Of a stretch of 64,000 nucleotides of DNA, positions 30,624 through 38,591 are shown in pieces (positions within the stretch are counted from its first letter, which is position 1; every line of letters begins with the position of its first letter). The stretch is from a virus, in the IMG/VR virus record IMGVR_UViG_3300007639_000002, positions 15,144 through 79,143 of that record, one strand, 5' to 3'. A model generated the notes under the pieces. It made no database searches. It had not been told where the DNA came from and saw only the letters and a program-made list of their open reading frames with translations. The translations under genes were made by a program, and so were the position numbers.

Positions 30624-30785
30624 CTACTTGGGAGCACATGATGCCCAGTGCTCCAATGCCCACTCTGCCCATGCGTTATGATCCAATGCCCACATATCCA
30701 GCGTGACAGTCTCGTCACAATAAACGCAGTGAGCGTTCAAGTACTGTGGGCATTCCATGTCGTTGATGTTCTGTGTTGTTGTCAT
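30624..30785 (-). CDS. Cassette ORF, 53 aa Cys/Trp-rich
   Basis: Hand-translated MTTTQNINDMECPQYLNAHCVYC...WASCAPK; below the ORF-track cutoff. Confidence 0.6.
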   Translation of the reverse strand: MTTTQNINDMECPQYLNAHCVYCDETVTLDMWALDHNAWAEWALEHWASCAPK

Positions 30786-30824
30786 GTAACCAACCTATCA
30801 TCTAGTGGCTCTGAGTCACGATTC

Positions 30825-30992
30825 CTAGTCCCTGTATTCTTGGGCGTTGTTGTAGTGATATAGAGCCATGGCGTACTGTTGCTTTTTCAGGTCTGCGTAT
30901 TTGCAAACCTCTGCCCTGTCTGCGTATTTCTTGGACAATCCCATGTAGTAGTCGTATTGCTCTTTATTGGTAAATTGTTTTGTTGTTGTCAT
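30825..30992 (-). CDS. Cassette ORF, 55 aa
   Basis: MTTTKQFTNKEQYDYY...; TAG inside the repeat. Confidence 0.65.
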   Translation of the reverse strand: MTTTKQFTNKEQYDYYMGLSKKYADRAEVCKYADLKKQQYAMALYHYNNAQEYRD

Positions 30993-31031
30993 GTCTCCAA
31001 CCTATCACGCCACCCACGTGAGTGACGAATC

Positions 31032-31226
31032 CTAGATAAATATATTCTGATACTCATTTTGCGCATAGTACTCAGTGCGTAACCTTTCAGCACTGTTCAT
31101 GAACCTACCCTCAGCCCGTGTTAGACCATAGGTGTACTCATGTGCCTTTAATGCATTCATCAGGTCTTCCAAAGCCTGCATTATTTTGATCTCAGTATCT
31201 GATAGTTGCTGTTGCGTTGTTGTCAT
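31032..31226 (-). CDS. Cassette ORF, hypothetical
   Basis: MTTTQQ; leaderless start; TAG inside the repeat. Confidence 0.7.
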   Translation of the reverse strand: MTTTQQQLSDTEIKIMQALEDLMNALKAHEYTYGLTRAEGRFMNSAERLRTEYYAQNEYQNIFI

Positions 31227-31265
31227 GCTTCCACCTTACCCTAGGGTCACCTTTGGTGACGATTC

Positions 31266-31433
31266 CTAGAACCTTGTATCTGTCACTGGGCGAACCTGCA
31301 TATCCCTATGGCTGAGCCAATAGACGTTGCAGGCTTGGCGACTGCCGACCATGACTACACACTTACGTGAAGAGTCATAGACTTCATGTGCTTTAGTGCT
31401 GGGCTTTACCTTTTTCATTTGCGTTGTTGTCAT
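31266..31433 (-). CDS. Cassette ORF, 55 aa basic protein
   Basis: MTTTQMKKVKPSTK...; TAG inside the repeat. Confidence 0.6.
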   Translation of the reverse strand: MTTTQMKKVKPSTKAHEVYDSSRKCVVMVGSRQACNVYWLSHRDMQVRPVTDTRF

Positions 31434-31472
31434 ATCCACACCTTATCAGGTCACCCTGCTGGGTCACGAATC

Positions 31473-31721
31473 CTACTTCAGCATTGCTTTCAGTTCAGCC
31501 TTCACCACACGTGCCGTGTCTCCACGCCATGCAGATGCATTGCTGAGGAAATAGGCGACGATATCCCTAGCGGAGTCGTACCCATATGAGCCACTGATAG
31601 AGTCCAGCGAACGCATAGCGTCTAGGTACGGCACAGCACCAAAGTATGGCTTTTTCCAGTCTGCACTAATGTCACGTGCAATGGTTGATATTGGGCGATG
31701 TTGTTGTTTTGTTGTTGTCAT
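31473..31721 (-). CDS. Cassette ORF, phage hypothetical protein
   Basis: RPISTIA..I..DW...YFGAVPYLDAM...WRG..AR.VKAELK. Confidence 0.7.
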   Translation of the reverse strand: MTTTKQQHRPISTIARDISADWKKPYFGAVPYLDAMRSLDSISGSYGYDSARDIVAYFLSNASAWRGDTARVVKAELKAMLK

Positions 31722-31760
31722 GTAATTACCTTATCAGTTAGTCGGGTTAGGTCACGAATC

Positions 31761-31970
31761 CTAGATGTTATGTCCATCTAGTTCAGTTATTTTGGCGATT
31801 GCCAAAGATAGTACAGGCTTCAGCCCTAAGAGGAACATCCACACGCCGATCATCTCAGTGCGTAGTTCATCATCCTTTAGGGCATCTTCCACGGCAGTGT
31901 TCCATTCACCGAGCCTGCCCAGTACTTCTAATGTTGATGGTAGTGGTTTGGTTGTTGTTGTCGTTGTCAT
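31761..31970 (-). CDS. Cassette ORF, hypothetical
   Basis: Leaderless ATG at 31970 (TAAGGT-N6). Confidence 0.65.
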   Translation of the reverse strand: MTTTTTTKPLPSTLEVLGRLGEWNTAVEDALKDDELRTEMIGVWMFLLGLKPVLSLAIAKITELDGHNI

Positions 31971-31979
31971 GTTCACACC

Positions 31980-32171
31980 TTACCAGCCTGCTGGCTCTAG
32001 TGACGATTCCTGATGCTCTTCTACTAGGTTGTCGTAGCACCATGTGCATACGTCAGTTCCCCAGTCTTCAGGGTCAAATCCATTATGCCCATCCACGATA
32101 GGGATCAGCATAGAAGATGCTCCACACCGTTCGCAGGCTCCGATATAAATGTTGTTGTTGTTGTCGTTCAT
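31980..32171 (-). CDS. Cassette ORF, zinc-finger-like
   Basis: CERC and CTWC; reads through the repeat and stops in the next -10 box. Confidence 0.6.
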   Translation of the reverse strand: MNDNNNNIYIGACERCGASSMLIPIVDGHNGFDPEDWGTDVCTWCYDNLVEEHQESSLEPAGW

Positions 32172-32210
32172 GTAATCACCTTACCACCTAGGAGCGTTAG
32201 GTCACGAATC

Positions 32211-32444
32211 CTAGATACCTTTCATATCGCAGATGTAATTGTGGCGAGCGTCAAAGTACCAGTCAGACTCTTGAAAGGCTTGCTCGTCGCTGGGCGTTCC
32301 ATCCTGTGCATATGCCATGAACTCTGCCCAGTTATCTAGGTAGTCGTCAGAGCCAATGTAGGACTCTTCCCATTCTTCTATATCTTCAGGTGTTACGACT
32401 AATTTAGCCGATTCCATGTCTTCCACAGATGTGTATGTGAACAC
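32211..32444 (-). CDS. Cassette ORF, very acidic protein
   Basis: Leader AACAACGACAACAACGGAGG and GTG start; D/E-rich. Confidence 0.65.
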   Translation of the reverse strand: MFTYTSVEDMESAKLVVTPEDIEEWEESYIGSDDYLDNWAEFMAYAQDGTPSDEQAFQESDWYFDARHNYICDMKGI

Positions 32445-32503
32445 TATGTGCCTCCGTTGTTGTCGTTGTTGATAGTTCTAACTTAGCACGTCACCCTGCT
32501 GGG

Positions 32504-32683
32504 TCACGAATCCTGCCGTGTGTCCATGTTCCACAGAATGCACTTAGCATCTTTTAAGATGTTGTATAGATTCATCTCTTCCCATGTCATGCCATAGTAC
32601 CCATCACGCTGGGTCAAATCAGCCATGAACATAGTAAGCGTTTCATACATTTCAGTGTTGGTTATTTTCTTTGCTGTTTTCAT
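32504..32683 (-). CDS. Cassette ORF, 59 aa
   Basis: MKTAKKITNTEMYET...; stops at the TGA within TCGTGAC. Confidence 0.6.
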   Translation of the reverse strand: MKTAKKITNTEMYETLTMFMADLTQRDGYYGMTWEEMNLYNILKDAKCILWNMDTRQDS

Positions 32684-32722
32684 ATCTTCACCTTACCATG
32701 TAGTCGGGTTGAGTCACGATTC

Positions 32723-32799
32723 CTAGTGGGTATATTTGGTTAGATTAGCCTCAATATACCAGTGAGGTGCTTTCCCCGCTAACCATGCGGGTTTTCGTT
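32723..32799 (-). ncRNA. Candidate double-pseudoknot RNA cassette
   Basis: Own cassette promoter, no credible ORF; both hairpin loops are complementary to consecutive segments of the 3' tail. Confidence 0.6.
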
Positions 32800-32838
32800 A
32801 ATCCCAACTTACCATGATGGAGTGTTGGGTTACGATTC

Positions 32839-32907
32839 CTAATAAAGGATGGCATTCAATGCCTTAGGAGGTGTCATGAATGCCACCCTCTATTAGTTGT
32901 CGTCGTT
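32839..32907 (-). ncRNA. Candidate hairpin sRNA with anti-SD loop
   Basis: Own cassette promoter; 20 bp stem with two G-U pairs; loop contains CACCUCCU. Confidence 0.6.
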
Positions 32908-32946
32908 AATCCCAACCTACCACGTGGGTAGGCTGGGTCACGATTC

Positions 32947-33372
32947 CTAGAGGCTGATATGCGCTCCTGAGAGCAAGTCTTCAACCTCATTGCGGATGGT
33001 GTCGCTGATGCTGTCACTGAAAGATGAGTTATCAGTGAAATCGTATTCATGGAGGATGTCGTTAATGCGATCCTCCAAAGCATCTACTACTTGGTTCATT
33101 ACCTTGTCACTGATTGCATTGACAAGTTGATTAAGCAATTCTTCCATGGTCATGTTGTTAGTGCCTTTCGTTGTTGTTGATGAGTTCACTTTATCAGGTG
33201 GTTGTACTGAGTCACGATTCCTAGACTCCATGGCGATTTGCTCTTCATGATACTCACGTAATAACTCTACGGTATAGTTCATGTAGATACCCTTTGCCAT
33301 GGCATCTTCTACTTCAGTCTTTGCCATTAGTAAATGGAACACTTTAAGTTGTTGTTGCGTTTCGTTGTTCAT
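32947..33372 (-). CDS. Two cassette ORFs fused in frame (second start at 33153)
   Basis: Repeat and promoter at 33211 lie inside the ORF; internal AAAGG-N-ATG. Confidence 0.6.
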   Translation of the reverse strand: MNNETQQQLKVFHLLMAKTEVEDAMAKGIYMNYTVELLREYHEEQIAMESRNRDSVQPPDKVNSSTTTKGTNNMTMEELLNQLVNAISDKVMNQVVDALEDRINDILHEYDFTDNSSFSDSISDTIRNEVEDLLSGAHISL

Positions 33373-33411
33373 GTAAGCACCTTATCAGGTGACATTGTTA
33401 GGTCACGATTC

Positions 33412-33639
33412 CTAGCGAATCTCTACAACCCTGCCTAAGCAAGTGAGTAAGTTGCCTACGCTCGTAGTGGTTTCCCCTGCCGTGGTGGTGATAACTGCAT
33501 CATCACCCACTACTTCTACAGAGATAACCCTTGTAATGATTGGGCGTGAGACAGGTGTCCATGATGGAATGACGATAAACTCGCCTTCTATAATTTGGTC
33601 AGCCCGTACTGTGAATGCTGGTTGTTGTTTCGTTGTCAT
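33412..33639 (-). CDS. Cassette ORF, hypothetical beta-rich protein
   Basis: MTTKQQ; leaderless start. Confidence 0.65.
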   Translation of the reverse strand: MTTKQQPAFTVRADQIIEGEFIVIPSWTPVSRPIITRVISVEVVGDDAVITTTAGETTTSVGNLLTCLGRVVEIR

Positions 33640-33678
33640 GGTTTCACCTTATCATGTTGAGTTGGTAGGTCACGAATC

Positions 33679-33990
33679 CTAGTATGACCTGAACACGTAA
33701 CCATCAAGTTCCCACACGTCACCACCTAGTTCTAGGTCACGTGCGAATGACTCATAGTCAAAGTATCCAGTTTTGACTGCTTCAGAAAAGATATCGTCTG
33801 CCAACTCTTCAGCGTACTCACGTACTGATGTGACTGCTACGTAGGCATCCTCAAATGCTGATACTTCGCTGTCGTAGTCTTTGGTTATGCCAAGGTTCCA
33901 GCAGTAGATGGCAAAGGCTTGCTCGTCTATGTTGTTGTCTTCTGCTACCTGTGCAATTTCTGCGTTGCTGTATTTATGTGTTGTTTCCAT
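33679..33990 (-). CDS. ardA: ArdA-like antirestriction protein (C-terminal domains)
   Basis: FEDAY...EYAEEL...YFDYESFARDLELGGDVWELDGYVFRSY; acidic. Confidence 0.75.
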   Translation of the reverse strand: METTHKYSNAEIAQVAEDNNIDEQAFAIYCWNLGITKDYDSEVSAFEDAYVAVTSVREYAEELADDIFSEAVKTGYFDYESFARDLELGGDVWELDGYVFRSY

Positions 33991-34029
33991 ACCTGTACCT
34001 TACCCTCTAGTAGTTGTTAGTCACGAATC

Positions 34030-34215
34030 CTAGAACGATGTTCCTACCAGCGCATTATCAAATGTGCGATAGATTACAATGCTCCTAGTTTGGTCTATAG
34101 ATTCCCACATGGATGCCAACCACGTTGGCAGGTGTGCATCATGCAGTGTGCGTATGTACGTTTGGGGGTCACCCTCTAGTTGATATTGTACTTCTACTTT
34201 TTTCGTTGTTGTCAT
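34030..34215 (-). CDS. Cassette ORF, hypothetical
   Basis: MTTTKK; leaderless start. Confidence 0.65.
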   Translation of the reverse strand: MTTTKKVEVQYQLEGDPQTYIRTLHDAHLPTWLASMWESIDQTRSIVIYRTFDNALVGTSF

Positions 34216-34254
34216 GGTTTCACCTTAGCATTCTGAGTTAGTGGGTCACGAATC

Positions 34255-34509
34255 CTACAACTCAAAAGAATGCAGTATCTTAGACGTTTCGTCTTGTGAA
34301 TGTTTATTGGATGTCCAAAAGTGAACCTCTGTACGTGTGTAGATACCACCATGGCACACCATGCCTAGGCGATTACGTGCTTCTTTTTCTGCACGTTCTT
34401 CATTGTCGTAGTCTGCACCACCTACGTAGTCTTCGTTGTTGTCCCAAAAGTGTACTGTGTACCCTGAAGCAATATCTTGATTCATGTTGTTGCCTTTCGT
34501 TGTTGTCAT
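34255..34509 (-). CDS. Cassette ORF, hypothetical
   Basis: MTTTKGNNM: leaderless ATG plus an internal SD-led ATG. Confidence 0.65.
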   Translation of the reverse strand: MTTTKGNNMNQDIASGYTVHFWDNNEDYVGGADYDNEERAEKEARNRLGMVCHGGIYTRTEVHFWTSNKHSQDETSKILHSFEL

Positions 34510-34539
34510 GTAATCAACTTACCACGTGGTGGTGTTAGG

Positions 34540-34905
34540 TCACGAATGCAGTTCCCGCATTTTGACCAACCCAACCTGATAATTGGCGGTATTGGTCAAG
34601 TTAAGCCACCAGCCAGTGACGAATCCATTTTCGTATTCGTCACAGATATGCTCGTTGTATTCGCCATGCTCGGTGAGAAGATCACCCAGTAGTTCGTTGA
34701 TGGATTCCCCTGCCCATTCACCTGATAGTGGTGATGGTGGCATGAAATCGTCGGGGAGATCACACTCGTCATATAGGCGAAGGAACTCTACATATGTTTC
34801 CTGCGTAGTGTTACCGTCAAAGATCCATGATGATGCATTCTTGCCAGCAACTAATCCACGAATGTATGCATCATATGCATCAGTTGTTTTGGTTGTTGTG
34901 TCCAT
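34540..34905 (-). CDS. Cassette ORF, acidic hypothetical
   Basis: PSPLSGEWAGES motif; D/E-rich. Confidence 0.65.
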   Translation of the reverse strand: MDTTTKTTDAYDAYIRGLVAGKNASSWIFDGNTTQETYVEFLRLYDECDLPDDFMPPSPLSGEWAGESINELLGDLLTEHGEYNEHICDEYENGFVTGWWLNLTNTANYQVGLVKMRELHS

Positions 34906-34914
34906 GTGAGTACC

Positions 34915-35139
34915 TTACCCTGCCTTGATGTCCAGTGACGAATCCTGCCATACTTCTTTGTCTTCTTTAAGTTTGTATGCCCATTTGTATGCTGTGTTCA
35001 TTGCTGTCCACATTTGGCTGTATGGGGAATTGAATGAGTCTTCTTGATGAGCGTGTAAGTTGTAGCACACTGATTCCAGTGCATCTATCGCATTAAATAG
35101 TTCTTCAAGTGTCATGTCTTCGTTGATGTCGTGTTTCAT
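34915..35139 (-). CDS. Cassette ORF, hypothetical
   Basis: Leaderless; stops in the next -10 box. Confidence 0.6.
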   Translation of the reverse strand: MKHDINEDMTLEELFNAIDALESVCYNLHAHQEDSFNSPYSQMWTAMNTAYKWAYKLKEDKEVWQDSSLDIKAG

Positions 35140-35178
35140 GTTGTCACCTTATCATTTTGTTGTTGGTAGTCACGAATC

Positions 35179-35688
35179 CTATCCATACACCACCTCACCA
35201 AAGAGAATGAATTGCAGAATGGAGTCTGCTGTGAGAGCGTCGTACCAACCATCAAAGGCATCATCATCGTTGAAATAGATGGCACGTAAGCATTGCAACG
35301 CAGTCTTACCCAGTTGTCCATGGTCAGGTACGTTCTCCTGTGAGAACTCACCTGTGCCTACCTTGACGATAAAATCTATAACCATTTGCTCGTTGATAGG
35401 GTAAGCCTTGCCATAGGTGAACCATTCATCCCAGTCGTTTATTCCTTCTTGAAAACCATGTTCTTTGTTGGCATACAGTGGGTGGGTTTTGTCCACCTCT
35501 GTTACTTCTTCTTCTACGTAGATGGTTGCGCTACAGTACTGATCAGTGTTACCCAATTCGTACTCTCCGTTTGCACTTCCCCATTTGTAGTTCTTGCGAA
35601 TCGCCCAGTACCCACATCCTAGTTCCAAAGCATCTGTAAGAATTGTGCAGGCTCCGTATGTCATTTGTTGTTTATTTGCTGTTGTCAT
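35179..35688 (-). CDS. Cassette ORF, acidic phage protein
   Basis: G.GYWA and C-terminal DA.TAD.ILQ..LFGEVVYG. Confidence 0.7.
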   Translation of the reverse strand: MTTANKQQMTYGACTILTDALELGCGYWAIRKNYKWGSANGEYELGNTDQYCSATIYVEEEVTEVDKTHPLYANKEHGFQEGINDWDEWFTYGKAYPINEQMVIDFIVKVGTGEFSQENVPDHGQLGKTALQCLRAIYFNDDDAFDGWYDALTADSILQFILFGEVVYG

Positions 35689-35727
35689 GTCATCAACTTA
35701 TCAGGTGAGTGTGCTGAGTCACGAATC

Positions 35728-36186
35728 CTACCAACTACTTTGATAGGAGAACTGGTACTCTTCGTCAAGAGACAGCGCATTTTTAATGATGGAAATTGAG
35801 TACTCTAGGCTCTCAAAGTACCACTCGTCGTACTCAATGTTGCCAAAGAAGAAACCACTAGCGGTGGGTAACAGGTCATCGGCAAGGCTATGGTCACCTA
35901 GAACCTGTTCGCAGACGTTCATTAACTCCGCAAGTTTCTCACGTGACACGTATGCATCTTGGCATTCATCTACGCCATCCTGTACGTTGTCCACGAACCA
36001 CTGGTGGATGGCGTTGGCTTTACGCCAGTAGCCCACCATGCACCGTACTGTGATAGATGGATAGTCAGTGTCTAGTTCAATGTCTAATACTTTCCTGACT
36101 GCATGGTACGCTTCATTAACGTCGTCACCGTAGTGTGATGCTGGTGAGAGGTAGCGTTCTGCTTTGAGGTACTGATCTAATCCCAT
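35728..36186 (-). CDS. Phage hypothetical protein (MGLD...YWRKANAIHQWF type)
   Basis: Recognisable motifs including LLPT.SGFFFG and YQSSW; SD AAGGA. Confidence 0.7.
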   Translation of the reverse strand: MGLDQYLKAERYLSPASHYGDDVNEAYHAVRKVLDIELDTDYPSITVRCMVGYWRKANAIHQWFVDNVQDGVDECQDAYVSREKLAELMNVCEQVLGDHSLADDLLPTASGFFFGNIEYDEWYFESLEYSISIIKNALSLDEEYQFSYQSSW

Positions 36187-36259
36187 GTTGTTATCCTTTT
36201 GTTGTTGGTTGTTGTTACTGAAGTTACTTTATCATGTTGTTGTTATGAGTGGCGAATCC

Positions 36260-36332
36260 TGTGGAATACACCGATTTCTACGACTAGGGGAAACAACAAC
36301 GAAACCCTAGGAGCAAACCGATGTACTCCACA
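36260..36332 (-). ncRNA. Candidate long hairpin RNA with a loop antisense to cassette 5' ends
   Basis: Stem GUGGAGUACAUCGGUUU/AAAUCGGUGUAUUCCAC with G-U pairs on the minus strand; inner stem CUAGGG/CCCUAG; loop UUUCGUUGUUGUUUC. Confidence 0.55.
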
Positions 36333-36336
36333 TGAC

Positions 36337-36531
36337 TCACCACTCATGTTCTTGTATAGATAATATCAGCACTAATGCGTTAAACATCAACAATATGCTA
36401 AGAAAACCTAAGAGCAAATTACCTGTATTTTCCATACCACCCATGAACCCAATGCTCAGGATGATAAGAGGCAGAATACAGCGTTTCTTTGTACGTGTCC
36501 AGCGATACCAGTTGGTCACCCTGATCCTCAT
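36337..36531 (-). CDS. Small two-TM membrane protein
   Basis: ATGA-coupled to the upstream ORF. Confidence 0.55.
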   Translation of the reverse strand: MRIRVTNWYRWTRTKKRCILPLIILSIGFMGGMENTGNLLLGFLSILLMFNALVLILSIQEHEW

Positions 36532-36776
36532 AACTCTTCCCCGTTTTCGTCAGTGAAGATCAGGTCAGAGATATCTGTCTGATGACCCCAGCCACATGAA
36601 AAATCATCAGTCTTGGCAAGATGTTCAATGTGCTGAACAACATCGTCTAACGTGATGTCCATGTCTTCATCTATGTCACTATTGAGAGTCCTGATGTCTT
36701 TGATTACGTCGTACACGTCATAAGTTATTACTTTTGTAACGTTGATGTACTTGGGTAGTTCTGTTGTTTCGTTCAT
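36528..36776 (-). CDS. Cassette ORF, acidic hypothetical
   Basis: Leaderless ATG at 36776. Confidence 0.65.
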   Translation of the reverse strand: MNETTELPKYINVTKVITYDVYDVIKDIRTLNSDIDEDMDITLDDVVQHIEHLAKTDDFSCGWGHQTDISDLIFTDENGEEL

Positions 36777-36815
36777 ATCCATACCTTATCTTGTTGTTAG
36801 TGTTAGTCACGAATC

Positions 36816-37217
36816 CTAGATATTGGCTTCCCAGTCAATATCAGAGTCATAAATGTCAATGCCAAAACGTGAGTCCCAACGCCATACTTCCTCAAAGGCA
36901 ACGGTATCTGCACGAACCATTACCCTGCCACGAATGAAACCCTCTTCAGGATTAGTCTCGTCTGCGTTCCATTGTTTCACGTACTCACCTACACACTCGT
37001 ACACGTAGCCCTGTAGGGCATCTACGTGCTGTGGGTTATCTAAACACCATGTGTTTTCTATCACGTCTACGAGCATCCCCATGACCATTAGTTTTGGGTT
37101 GCTTTCGCACATATTTATGATGCGATTGAGCATACGCTCTATTTCGCTTGCTGGTAATACACCATCCCAGTACGCCATGGTTTCTTGCTCGTAGTACAAG
37201 CCTTCACAGCCATCCAT
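36816..37217 (-). CDS. Acidic hypothetical protein
   Basis: TAG inside the repeat. Confidence 0.6.
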   Translation of the reverse strand: MDGCEGLYYEQETMAYWDGVLPASEIERMLNRIINMCESNPKLMVMGMLVDVIENTWCLDNPQHVDALQGYVYECVGEYVKQWNADETNPEEGFIRGRVMVRADTVAFEEVWRWDSRFGIDIYDSDIDWEANI

Positions 37218-37666
37218 TATGCTTCCAAATCTTCTAGTGGGTACAACACCTTACGTGCGTACACTTCTTCAATAGCGTCAAGAAGAACCTCATGGTAGTT
37301 GCTCCATGCTTTTTCATTGGAAATAGCAAACGCTGAAATAATCTCTAGTGTTTCTTTATCAACATCAAAAGCCCATACAACAGAGTCTTTGATATCGGGA
37401 TCGGGAGTACCCCAATGAACTTCTAATTCTTCACGAATAGAGGCAGGTGAGTAACAAACGCTGTTGCTGTAGTTCACGTCACCCCATCCTGTATGGTCAC
37501 CCATAAACTTCAATGAGATGCCATGCTTACGTGCAATGTTAGATATTTCTTCGTCAGAAAATGCTTCTAAGGCTGACTCTTCTGATGTAAGGTCATCAGT
37601 ATCAACGATATAGCAGTTGTCTGCATTAACAATAGTTCCTGATTGTGCGTCAATAAGTAATTTCAT
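37217..37666 (-). CDS. Cassette ORF, acidic hypothetical
   Basis: TAAGGT-N6-ATG. Confidence 0.65.
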   Translation of the reverse strand: MKLLIDAQSGTIVNADNCYIVDTDDLTSEESALEAFSDEEISNIARKHGISLKFMGDHTGWGDVNYSNSVCYSPASIREELEVHWGTPDPDIKDSVVWAFDVDKETLEIISAFAISNEKAWSNYHEVLLDAIEEVYARKVLYPLEDLEA

Positions 37667-37682
37667 AGTTGTACCTTAGCCT

Positions 37683-37925
37683 TCAGAGGCTGTTACTCAC
37701 GAATCCTAGTTTGTCAAGGATAGCGTCACGTACCCATTCAATATCAGGACAAATCTCACATACATCGTACTGATTGCATATTTCTGCCCATGCATCTTTG
37801 GTAAGTACTTCATAATCATCATCGTCATAAAGGCTTGATGCCCATTCGTATGAGTAGATGTCACAACAGATGTCGTCGTCATCTTTTAAGTTTGCGATAA
37901 TCTCTTTTAAGGTTGATACCTTCAT
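37683..37925 (-). CDS. Acidic hypothetical protein
   Basis: SD GAGGA; D-rich. Confidence 0.6.
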   Translation of the reverse strand: MKVSTLKEIIANLKDDDDICCDIYSYEWASSLYDDDDYEVLTKDAWAEICNQYDVCEICPDIEWVRDAILDKLGFVSNSL

Positions 37926-38062
37926 GTTGTTTCCTCTATTAGTTTTTCTAGTTTGTTAATGAGTTCTAGCATTTCATCTGTCAATGGACTGCACCACGTT
38001 GTCTTAACGTTACGTAGTTCTGTCAATAGCAGGTGTAAGCCAAAATCTAATTGCTGTGTCAT
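37922..38062 (-). CDS. 46 aa hypothetical protein
   Basis: Hand-translated MTQQLDFGLHLLL...; ATGA-coupled at both ends. Confidence 0.5.
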   Translation of the reverse strand: MTQQLDFGLHLLLTELRNVKTTWCSPLTDEMLELINKLEKLIEETT

Positions 38063-38340
38063 TGTGTTACCTCTACATTCACTATATTATGAACAGAGCC
38101 TGAGTCACGAATCCTAGAGAACGTGCTACCTTTTGTCGGGTCTGTGCGGATGAAATAGAATGAGTCTGCCCACTGATGGATATCGTCGGCAATGTCTTCA
38201 TTCATGGCGACTACCTGCCCATGCTCATGGTCAATATAGACTGCCAGTTCACCGTCTTCTGTTATATACAATCCGATATACCAATCGCCCATCATTATCT
38301 GTGCGGAGTTATCGGTTTGCTCAATGTAGTTGTTACTCAT
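38059..38340 (-). CDS. Hypothetical protein
   Basis: Reads through the repeat at 38104. Confidence 0.55.
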   Translation of the reverse strand: MSNNYIEQTDNSAQIMMGDWYIGLYITEDGELAVYIDHEHGQVVAMNEDIADDIHQWADSFYFIRTDPTKGSTFSRIRDSGSVHNIVNVEVTQ

Positions 38341-38582
38341 AAACAGAACCCATTACAACGTGGGAATCCGCAGGCTGGGCAGTAAGACTCTTCTTCTTCT
38401 TCTTCTTCGTCTTTTGTGATGCCAAAGATGGTATAACCAGCCTCAACCAAAAGGTCAGCAACTAGGTCTAATGACTCACCATCGGTGTACTCGTACTCTA
38501 GGTCTTTGGGATTAGAACCTTCAACACGCTTTTCTAAGATGTTGATGATTTCTTGAATGAGTTCGTCGTTTGCTGTTGTCAT
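38337..38582 (-). CDS. Cassette ORF, acidic protein with C-terminal Cys cluster
   Basis: MTTAND; poly-E; CPACGFPRCNGFC. Confidence 0.65.
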   Translation of the reverse strand: MTTANDELIQEIINILEKRVEGSNPKDLEYEYTDGESLDLVADLLVEAGYTIFGITKDEEEEEEESYCPACGFPRCNGFCL

Positions 38583-38591
38583 ATCATCAAC

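Noticed and set aside
32866-32896. Plus-strand micro-ORF AGGAGGTGTC-ATG (MNATLY)
   Set aside because: No plus-strand promoter was seen, and both the stem wobble pairs and the cassette promoter favour the minus strand. Not fully excluded.
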